A DNA stretch of 64,000 bases, taken from contig MGQB01000001.1 of assembly GCA_001797675.1 (NCBI GenBank), forward strand, positions 137,968 through 201,967, written 5' to 3'. The notes under the pieces were generated by a model. The model was not told the DNA's origin. It did no database searches and saw only the letters and a program-made list of their open reading frames with translations. The position numbers were made by a program, and so were the translations under genes. Shown here piece after piece: positions 44,529 through 51,421 of this stretch. Origin of the DNA: Deltaproteobacteria bacterium RBG_13_43_22. GTDB lineage: Bacteria > Desulfobacterota > RBG-13-43-22. The stretch's first letter is position 1, and every line of letters begins with the position of its first letter.

Positions 44529-44572
44529 TTAGGTTACTGCGGATTATGTAACCTAATCGGCCAAACTGTCAA
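44529..44572 (-). promoter_or_regulatory. Candidate sigma70-type promoter with overlapping 9-bp inverted-repeat operator
   Basis: The minus strand reads TTGACA (44572-44567), then 18 nt, then CATAAT (44548-44543). The perfect inverted repeat TTAGGTTAC-N10-GTAACCTAA (44529-44537 and 44548-44556) brackets the -10 element. It lies about 150 nt upstream of the ATG at 44393. Confidence 0.4.
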
Positions 44573-44604
44573 GAAATTTATCAAGATAGGGGTTTCTGAT
44601 GTCT

Positions 44605-44638
44605 AAAAAAGAAAAAGGCCGTGTCGGAAGACACGGCC
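44605..44638 (-). terminator. Rho-independent terminator downstream of hsp20
   Basis: Hairpin GGCCGTGTC-GGAA-GACACGGCC (44617-44638), followed on the minus strand by TTTTTCTTTTTT (plus-strand A-run 44605-44616). It starts 27 nt after the hsp20 stop. Confidence 0.8.
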
Positions 44639-44664
44639 TTTTCTTCTTTAAGAGTTTTCAGATC

Positions 44665-45111
44665 TTATTCTATATTAATCTTGACCTGTTTCTCTTTGGC
44701 CTTCTCGCTTTTAGGCAGGATAATGGTCAGTATCCCCTCTTTATGAGAGGCCTTGATATTTTTGGGATCCACATCGGTGGTCAGCCGTATACTCCGGGAA
44801 AAAGAGCCGTAACGTCGTTCGATTAGGTGATAGGACTCGTCCTTTTCTTCCTTTTCCTGTTTCTTTTCCCCTTTAATGGTCAGCAAATCACCGCTGATGG
44901 TTACTTCAACCTCTTTGGCATTTAAACCCGGGATTTCAGCGGTGACCACTATGTTTTCTTTTGTCTCCTTGACATCCAGAGCCGGTGCCCAGGCCGCTTC
45001 TGAGAAGATCGGAAACCCGGCGTCCCCGAAAAAACGGCCCCACAAATCATCCATTTCTTTTCTTAATTTGGACAAGGTCTTTGTTCTTTCCCATGGAACA
45101 AGTTCAAACAT
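44665..45111 (-). CDS. Hsp20/alpha-crystallin family small heat-shock protein
   Basis: Alpha-crystallin domain APALDVKETKENIVVTAEIPGLNAKEVEVTISGDLLTIKGEKK ... RSIRL. I prefer the ATG at 45111 (MFELVPWE), which has AAGGGGG 7-8 nt upstream. The ORF track start at 45147 would add 12 aa. Confidence 0.85.
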   Translation of the reverse strand: MFELVPWERTKTLSKLRKEMDDLWGRFFGDAGFPIFSEAAWAPALDVKETKENIVVTAEIPGLNAKEVEVTISGDLLTIKGEKKQEKEEKDESYHLIERRYGSFSRSIRLTTDVDPKNIKASHKEGILTIILPKSEKAKEKQVKINIE

Positions 45112-45172
45112 AGGAACACCCCCTTTTTTGATATTTTTACTCGTCATTACGATTCGAGTTTCGTTGGTTTAA

Positions 45173-45201
45173 TAAATAATCATCTTATAGATTCTTGTCA
45201 A
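45173..45201 (-). promoter_or_regulatory. Candidate sigma70-type promoter of hsp20
   Basis: The minus strand reads CCTATCTTGACA, then 17 nt, then TATTTA. The 10-mer CCTATCTTGA recurs at 44581-44590 upstream of the neighbouring gene. Confidence 0.4.
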
Positions 45202-45312
45202 GATAGGACGATCCATAAACAGAAAAATGCCGGTCGGCCTTTAGCATTCGGGGTTTGTCGAAGAGGATGTTCATGCTCCCTTGGTGCGTGTTAAGTTAAA
45301 ATAAAAAATCCC

Positions 45313-47070
45313 TTATTTCCCGAACAGGGTCAGCTGTTTTTTTCTGGGCCGTAAAGGTTGTTTCGCCCCTTCAATAATAATCTGGTTTTTCAGAAGCGCT
45401 TCAATATTTTCAAGAAACGGTGACGGAGACTGGATCAGTTTTTGTCCGAACAGGGTTCGCTTTTTGGCCCAGGTTAAAATCACCTTTTCTTTGGCCCGGG
45501 TCAAGCCCACATAAAAAAGACGCCTTTCTTCTTCCGGATCCGATTCCTTAAGTAAAGAGAGCGGGAGAAGGTTAGCCTCACACCCGGCAATGATGACTAT
45601 GGGAAATTCAAGCCCTTTGGCGGCATGAAGGGTTAAAAGCTTAACGGTTTCCTGATCCGGTTCATAAGTATCCAAGCCGGTTTGAATGGAAAGGGCCTCT
45701 ATAAATTCTCCCAAAGAGCCTCTAAATGTAGCCGCCCAAAGACGAAGTTTTTTCAGGGCTTCAGCCCCTTCGGTTGATGTCAGGTGAACTTCGAGGTCTC
45801 CATCAGAAATGACCTTTTCTACCGCCGATGCCGGGGAAAAACCCAGGCATGGTAAAGAGTTGAGCAAAGTCAAACAGGCTCGAATTTCCGGCCTTTCCAC
45901 CCAGTGCACTTCCTGAATCTTTTTAAAGGGGATCCCCTTCTTGGAAAAGGCCTTGGCCAGCAGCTCCCCCTCGATATGAAGTCGGTAAAGGACGGCAAAA
46001 TCGGCAAAACTTTTTGAATGGTTTTGTTCTAACCGGGAAAAAGAATCCGTCCCTTTTGATGAAAGGCTCAAGCCCCCCATTTCTTCTTCAATAATCCTGG
46101 TAATATATTCCCCTTCTTCTTCGGCAGAAGATAGGCCAACCACCGGCAAAGTGGGTTCCCCTTTAAGGTTAGAGATCAAGCTCCGGGCCGAGTTCCTCAT
46201 GACCTGTGATGAGGCATTCATTACGGTCTGGTTCAGCCGAAAGGTTTCGTCCAAGGTAATTTCCGTCAAAGAGGGGTAGTCCCGGTGGAGACGGGGAAAA
46301 AATTCGGCACTGGCCCCCCGGAAACCATAGATGGCCTGATTGGGATCGCCGATGACCATCCACTCCCCTTCCTTTCGGGTTAAGAGTTGAAAGAGCCGGT
46401 ATTGAGAAGGATTGATATCCTGAAATTCATCAATGAACACATAAGGGAATCGGGCCTGAAGGCCTGTCCTGAGGTCAGGATTTCTTTCCAAGAGAATAAT
46501 GGTTTGAACAAGGAGTTCATCAAAATCCCAAATTCGGCGAAGGGTAAGTTGTTCCTGATAAGCCCGATAGCATAAAGACCACTTTGGATAAACATCCCAA
46601 CGGGGTAATGTTTCCGAAAATTCAGAAGAGATCAGGGCGTTCTTGGCCCAAGAGATGTGCCGGGCCAACTCCTTTAAAGACTGGATCGGGAAGTCGGTGA
46701 ATTGTTCCCGGGTTGTTTCTTTAAGTAAATGGAAGGCTTCATTTTCGGATAGCAATTGAAAATGGGTGGGGAGATTCTCATGGAGGAAGCGGAAACAAAA
46801 ACCATGGAAAGTGGAAATCCAGGGAGGGGAAGGATTGGCCATCAAACGGCAGAGTTGTTCTACCCGGGAGCGCATCTCCTGGGCGGCTTTATGGGTAAAG
46901 GTGACGGCCAGTATTTGATCAGGTCCGGCGACCTGCGTTGCTATCAGGTGGGCAATACGATAGGTCAGGGTTCTGGTCTTCCCCGTGCCTGGTCCGGCCA
47001 AAACGACTAAGGGGCTTCCTCGATGTCTGACCGCTTGTTTTTGGGATGGTGTCAGAGAAGAAAGATCCAT
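45313..47070 (-). CDS. UvrD/PcrA/Rep-family superfamily 1 DNA helicase (short form)
   Basis: 585 aa. Motifs: LAGPGTGKTRTL (Walker A), VFIDEFQDINPSQ (motif II), LTLHAAKGLEFPIVI and YVGLTRAKEKV (motif VI). Confidence 0.85.
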   Translation of the reverse strand: MDLSSLTPSQKQAVRHRGSPLVVLAGPGTGKTRTLTYRIAHLIATQVAGPDQILAVTFTHKAAQEMRSRVEQLCRLMANPSPPWISTFHGFCFRFLHENLPTHFQLLSENEAFHLLKETTREQFTDFPIQSLKELARHISWAKNALISSEFSETLPRWDVYPKWSLCYRAYQEQLTLRRIWDFDELLVQTIILLERNPDLRTGLQARFPYVFIDEFQDINPSQYRLFQLLTRKEGEWMVIGDPNQAIYGFRGASAEFFPRLHRDYPSLTEITLDETFRLNQTVMNASSQVMRNSARSLISNLKGEPTLPVVGLSSAEEEGEYITRIIEEEMGGLSLSSKGTDSFSRLEQNHSKSFADFAVLYRLHIEGELLAKAFSKKGIPFKKIQEVHWVERPEIRACLTLLNSLPCLGFSPASAVEKVISDGDLEVHLTSTEGAEALKKLRLWAATFRGSLGEFIEALSIQTGLDTYEPDQETVKLLTLHAAKGLEFPIVIIAGCEANLLPLSLLKESDPEEERRLFYVGLTRAKEKVILTWAKKRTLFGQKLIQSPSPFLENIEALLKNQIIIEGAKQPLRPRKKQLTLFGK

Positions 47071-47108
47071 AAAAAAAAGAACAGGCCGGGAAATCCCCTG
47101 GCCTGTTC
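47071..47108 (-). terminator. Rho-independent terminator downstream of the ferredoxin gene, abutting the helicase ATG
   Basis: The minus strand reads GAACAGGCCAGGGGATTTCCCGGCCTGTTC followed by TTTTTTTT and then directly ATGGATC, the helicase start at 47070. Confidence 0.7.
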
Positions 47109-47132
47109 CAAATGAAAAACCAACCGGAAAGA

Positions 47133-47318
47133 CTATATTTCTTTTACTGTGATAGCCCCGGTTTCACAAACTTCAACACAGCTTTCGCAGCCCAGGCATT
47201 CGTCCATATTGACGGGCACGGCCTTATTGTCCTGAAGTTCGAAAACGCTAGTCGGGCAGGTATCCACGCAATTGGAATCTCCCGTGCACTTGTCGGCGTC
47301 AACCGTAACTTGAAACAT
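47133..47318 (-). CDS. 2x[4Fe-4S] ferredoxin
   Basis: The 61-aa form starts at MFQVTVDADKC, with GGAGGAAG 6-8 nt upstream. Cys motifs: CTGDSNCVDTCP and CLGCESCVEVCE. The ORF track's longer start at 47357 is unlikely. Confidence 0.8.
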   Translation of the reverse strand: MFQVTVDADKCTGDSNCVDTCPTSVFELQDNKAVPVNMDECLGCESCVEVCETGAITVKEI

Positions 47319-47699
47319 TGCTTCTTCCTCCTTATTCGATAGATAATTTATTGCCAAAAACCAATCAGTTACAAGTTTTTGGGATTATCCAGGTTTGGAT
47401 TGAAGGTCTTGAACCTTCAAATTAGAACGGGAGCTTAGATTATTTTTTCCCAAAGGTCAAACAATTTTTTCCCCCAAGGGAATTAAACTGGACTAATTTT
47501 AAAAAATAAATATATTATAATAGGTTAAGCTGTTCTTACTGATCGCCGTTTAACGGGACCCCAGAATAAGTCCTTTAGACCGAAGGCGTTAAAAAGATTG
47601 ACCGAATTTGTTCCTGTGGTAGATTATAAATTCTTACACACTATGATCAAAGAATTTATCTCTAACCTTTTTACTAATTGAGTCCTGTTGTGCGACCAA

Positions 47700-47800
47700 G
47701 AATCCAGAAGTCAGGAGTCAGAATCCAAAATAAAACGGTTTGGTTTATCTTTATGGTGATTGGTTCCCCTTCTTAATTCTGGCTCCTGGGTTCTGAATTC
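47700..47800. repeat. 25-nt imperfect inverted repeat built from AGAATCC-type heptamers
   Basis: GAATCCAGAAGTCAGGAGTCAGAAT (47700-47724) matches the reverse complement of 47776-47800 (GAATTCAGAACCCAGGAGCCAGAAT) at 21 of 25 positions. The spacer is 51 nt. Confidence 0.7.
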
Positions 47801-47854
47801 AGGAATTTCAAATATCTTTGGATAGACTTGAGGAAAAACAAAAGGAGGTTCCGT

Positions 47855-48580
47855 ATGCTGAATGAAAAGGAAATCCTTCGCTATGACCGGCAAATGATGA
47901 TGAACCATTTTGGCCGAGAGGGGCAGGAAAAATTAAAAAAAAGTCGGGTCATGATTGCCGGGGCCGGTGGTCTGGGTTCGGCGGCCGCCTATTATTTGAC
48001 CGCCGCCGGGGTGGGGGCCTTACGGATTGTGGACAAGGATCAGGTGGACCTTAGTAATTTAAACCGTCAAATCCTCCACTGGTCACCGGATATTGACCGA
48101 CTCAAAGTGGAATCGGCGAAGGAAAAATTGGTCAAATTAAACCCTGAGATTGATTTGGAGATCCGAAAAGACGAGATTAACGAGGGAACCTTACCCGAGT
48201 TGACGGCTGGGTGTAACCTGATCCTGGACGGCCTGGATAATTTTCCGACCCGGTATTTGATCAATCAACAGATATTACGTCAGGGGATCCCCTTTATTTA
48301 TGGGGGTATCCTGGGCATGATGGGGATGACTACCGTGATTCTTCCCGGACAAACCCCCTGTTTGAAATGCCTCTTCCCGCAAGCTCCGCCGCCTCAAAAA
48401 TTCCCGGTCTTAGGGACCACACCCGGTATCATCGGCTTGATCGAGGCCAATGAGGCCATTAAATATCTGGTCGGCTTTGGGAGTCTGCTTACCGGCCGGC
48501 TTCTGATTTATAACGGTCTGGAGATGCGTTTTTCCGAAATCCGGATTGAACCAAACCCCCAATGTCCGGTTTGCGCTTAG
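47855..48580 (+). CDS. ThiF/MoeB/HesA-family E1-like adenylyltransferase
   Basis: Preferred start MLNEKEILRYDRQ, with AAAGGAGG 8 nt upstream. Nucleotide loop IAGAGGLGS. Two CxxC pairs (CLKC and CPVC). No rhodanese domain and no adjacent ThiS/MoaD-like ORF. Confidence 0.8.
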   Translation: MLNEKEILRYDRQMMMNHFGREGQEKLKKSRVMIAGAGGLGSAAAYYLTAAGVGALRIVDKDQVDLSNLNRQILHWSPDIDRLKVESAKEKLVKLNPEIDLEIRKDEINEGTLPELTAGCNLILDGLDNFPTRYLINQQILRQGIPFIYGGILGMMGMTTVILPGQTPCLKCLFPQAPPPQKFPVLGTTPGIIGLIEANEAIKYLVGFGSLLTGRLLIYNGLEMRFSEIRIEPNPQCPVCA

Positions 48581-48627
48581 CGATTAAGGGTCTCATTGTA
48601 GTATTGCAGTAAAAAGAAAGTCTTGCC

Positions 48628-48654
48628 GAAAATAAGTTTGGAGGACTCTCCAAA
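48628..48654 (-). terminator. Possible terminator downstream of abfD
   Basis: Hairpin TTTGGAG-GACT-CTCCAAA (48637-48654), followed on the minus strand by CTTATTTTC. The stem is short, so the call is weak. Confidence 0.4.
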
Positions 48655-48709
48655 TCTTGACCAGAAAATATTGTCTAAATTATTTTGAAACCCTTGACAA
48701 GAAAGGCCC

Positions 48710-50167
48710 TTATTTAACCCTGGTGGGCGGTATGCCGGCCAGAGCCTTGGCCAGTTTCACCTTTTTATTCAGATCCCCTTCCCTAAAAATCATCACCCTC
48801 TGGGCTTGAGGAGAACCGGCCCCATGCATGGATTCCACCAAGGCCGTGCCGCCGGTCATAGACTCGATCAACCGGCCGATCTTGATGCGATCTTCGGTGG
48901 GAAAATTGGCCACCCCGGAGAAATATTTTTTCACCAAATGACCGACGTCTTCACTCTTCAGGTCGTATTCACTGGGTAAGGTGGCCAGAAATCCTCCGGC
49001 CAGGTCGGAGGCCAGACGGGCGACCTCGAAATGAAAACGGGTTGCATTATGTTTGCCCACATTGGCCAGCATGGTATCCACCATATAAGCCCCGGACGGA
49101 GTGGGCCAGCCTTCAGCCGCACAGGCAATGGCTGAGCTGTAAAGGGTTTCACCCAGATGGATCATTTCAGTCACCTTGTCCCGCACATGGGAGGCCTTGG
49201 CCGTGCCCTGAATCTGGGCCAGATAAGTCACAGCCCCGGTTAAGACATCGATTAAGCCTGTTTTACAGCCGCCGTAGTTGGCCCGGTGATGGGCAGCGAA
49301 ACGATAGACCAAGTTGCCGGTAAACTCCGTCTCACCGTTCATAAATACCCGCTCCCAGGGGACAAAGACATTTTCGAAGGCAATGACCGCCTCTCCGCCG
49401 ACCCCCCCGAAAACCGGGTTCCCGGCATCGATTCGTTCTTTGTTGTCCTTACGGTTGTCGTTGGCCTGGCGTCCGAAAATCATGGTAACCCCTGGGGTAT
49501 TAACCGGAACGGCACAGACCAGGGCGTAGTCTTTGGCTGTGGGGTCCATGGCCGTTGTGGGCATGATCAGGATCTCGTGGGAATTGACCCCTCCGGTCAT
49601 GTGCAGCTTGGCCCCCCGGATAACCAGGCCGTCTTCCCGACGCTCCACAACATGCACATATTGGTCCGGGTCGGACTGTTCGGCAGGCCCCTTGGAGCGG
49701 TCCCCTTTGGGATCGGTCATGGCCCCGACCACCATCAAATTTTCCTCTTGAATATAAGTCAGCCACTTCTTAAAGCGTTCAAAATAATCTGTGCCGTATT
49801 TTTGATCGATTTCATAGGCAACCGAATAGACGGCATTGATCCCGTCTAAACCCACACAGCGCTGAAAACAGGACCCGGTCTTCTGACCCAACACTCGTAA
49901 CAGTTTCACTTTTTTGATCAGGTCCTCCATGCCCTGGTGGACATGAGTAAACCGGCTGATGGTCTTGCCGGTCAAATGGGAGACAGCCGTGGCCAGATCT
50001 TGGTATTCCGGGTCGTTAACCAGGGCATAGGTCATAGCCGCGGCCCGGGCATGAGGGGCCGTAGCCGGATGACGGGTCACATCCTTTATCTTTTTCCCTT
50101 TATAGTAAACCACCGGGTTTATTTTTCTTAAACTACGCAGATAGTCCTGGCCGTTTTTGATCTTCAT
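48710..50167 (-). CDS. abfD: 4-hydroxybutyryl-CoA dehydratase / vinylacetyl-CoA delta-isomerase
   Basis: 485 aa. It is collinear by eye with Clostridium aminobutyricum AbfD as I remember it. Matching segments: GQKTGSCFQRCVG (two cluster Cys), YEIDQKYGTDY, GAMTDPKGDRS, HRANYGGCK (His/Cys ligands) and ESMHGAGSPQAQR. Confidence 0.9.
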   Translation of the reverse strand: MKIKNGQDYLRSLRKINPVVYYKGKKIKDVTRHPATAPHARAAAMTYALVNDPEYQDLATAVSHLTGKTISRFTHVHQGMEDLIKKVKLLRVLGQKTGSCFQRCVGLDGINAVYSVAYEIDQKYGTDYFERFKKWLTYIQEENLMVVGAMTDPKGDRSKGPAEQSDPDQYVHVVERREDGLVIRGAKLHMTGGVNSHEILIMPTTAMDPTAKDYALVCAVPVNTPGVTMIFGRQANDNRKDNKERIDAGNPVFGGVGGEAVIAFENVFVPWERVFMNGETEFTGNLVYRFAAHHRANYGGCKTGLIDVLTGAVTYLAQIQGTAKASHVRDKVTEMIHLGETLYSSAIACAAEGWPTPSGAYMVDTMLANVGKHNATRFHFEVARLASDLAGGFLATLPSEYDLKSEDVGHLVKKYFSGVANFPTEDRIKIGRLIESMTGGTALVESMHGAGSPQAQRVMIFREGDLNKKVKLAKALAGIPPTRVK

Positions 50168-50389
50168 TTGGGATGTCCTTTCATCTTCGGCGGCATCTTC
50201 AAAAATCGATGGGGGTTAACGTCAAACATAAGACGTTTCATGGTGATGTCTGGCTTTAAAATGGAGATGATCATAAAAGAAAATGCGATGAAGGGCAACA
50301 GGATATTTTGAGACTGGTAATTTTTATGGAAATTAATTACCGGTTATTCTATAACGATCACATCACGATTGTGAAGATACGATAATCCT

Positions 50390-51292
50390 ATGAGCACGCC
50401 TGAAAAAAAAATCTCATTTTTCTTCCCTTCTTTGAAAAAGGTGGGGGCTCAACCTTTCGCCCAACCAAACACCTGCGGTACTGCGGCCGTATCCGTGACC
50501 GGCACCGATTGTAGGTTGAACTGTAAACATTGCGGAGGGGTCATCCTAAAAAACATGCCGGCCGCTGAAACTCCTCCGGCCTTAAAGGAAGCGGCAGGGC
50601 GGGTGGCAGAAAAAGGCGGTCAAAGTATCCTGATCAGCGGTGGGGCAGATCAGGAGGGAAGGGTCCCCTTGTTGAATTATATCAAGATCATTAAAGAGAT
50701 TCGTTCCGAACTGGGACTGAGGGTGTTGGTCCATACCGGCTTAGTTTCTCCAAACGTGGCTGATGCTCTGGCCGAGGCCCAAATTGATATGGCCCTGGTG
50801 GATATCATTGGAGATAACCGGACCATCCGGGAGATTTATCATCTGGATGCCACGATCGGGGACTACGAACGATCCCTTAAACTACTCACGGACCGGGCCA
50901 TCCCCACGGCCCCCCATGTGGTCATGGGGCTCCATTTCGGGCAAATCCGGGGAGAACCCGAGGCGTTGAAGCTGATTGCCGGTTATCCGATAAGGACCCT
51001 GGTCCTGGTTGGATTTCGACCCATCCCCAAAACGGCGATGGCCAAAACCCCTCCCCCTCCCCCGGAGGCTATGGGAGACCTGTTTATCATAGCCCGCACC
51101 CTTTTTCCTCAAACACCGGTCGTTCTGGGTTGTGAACGTCCCCTGGGCCTCCACCGACGTAAAACCGATTGTTTGGCTGTCGAAACCGGGCTGGACGGGA
51201 TCGCCTATCCCAGCGATCTGGCCGTTCAATTAGCCGAAGACAGGGGAATAGCGATTGACTTCCATACGGATTGTTGCGCTCTTATCAAATAA
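50390..51292 (+). CDS. Radical SAM protein, about 300 aa (candidate lipoyl-synthase-like LipS-type enzyme)
   Basis: Motifs CRLNCKHCGG (CxxxCxxC) and ILISGGAD, with TIM-barrel-like periodicity. The functional guess rests only on adjacency to the lipoate-protein ligase gene. Confidence 0.6.
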   Translation: MSTPEKKISFFFPSLKKVGAQPFAQPNTCGTAAVSVTGTDCRLNCKHCGGVILKNMPAAETPPALKEAAGRVAEKGGQSILISGGADQEGRVPLLNYIKIIKEIRSELGLRVLVHTGLVSPNVADALAEAQIDMALVDIIGDNRTIREIYHLDATIGDYERSLKLLTDRAIPTAPHVVMGLHFGQIRGEPEALKLIAGYPIRTLVLVGFRPIPKTAMAKTPPPPPEAMGDLFIIARTLFPQTPVVLGCERPLGLHRRKTDCLAVETGLDGIAYPSDLAVQLAEDRGIAIDFHTDCCALIK

Positions 51293-51353
51293 AATATAAT
51301 TCTCCCATTCGATTTGAAGAACAATCAATTTTTATGATATATTGGAAGTTCAC

Positions 51354-51385
51354 TTGAATCCTCGAATCCTTGACCCCTTGTATCC
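51354..51385 (+). repeat. Tandem degenerate octamers, consensus TTGAATCC (4 units)
   Basis: Reads TTGAATCC TCGAATCC TTGACCCC TTGTATCC, preceded by CAC. It ends 37 nt upstream of the lplA-like start. Confidence 0.75.
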
Positions 51386-51421
51386 TTCTATCATCGCCCA
51401 CTCTTTGGGAGATGATCCTCA

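Noticed and set aside
45313-47070. UvrD-like helicase as part of a defence system (for example Gabija- or Hachiman-like)
   Set aside because: No partner nuclease, ATPase or other defence-type gene is adjacent. Its neighbours are hsp20 and a ferredoxin. It is most simply a housekeeping SF1 helicase.
49286-49849. 187-aa plus-strand ORF (plus several 64-93-aa ORFs) overlapping abfD
   Set aside because: abfD is collinear with a known enzyme over its whole length. The overlapping frames are antisense or alternative-frame artefacts.
51354-51385. Octamer and heptamer tandem tracts as a possible CRISPR array
   Set aside because: The units are 7-8 nt and directly abutting, with no 25-40-nt repeats, no spacers and no cas genes. 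This is not a CRISPR array.
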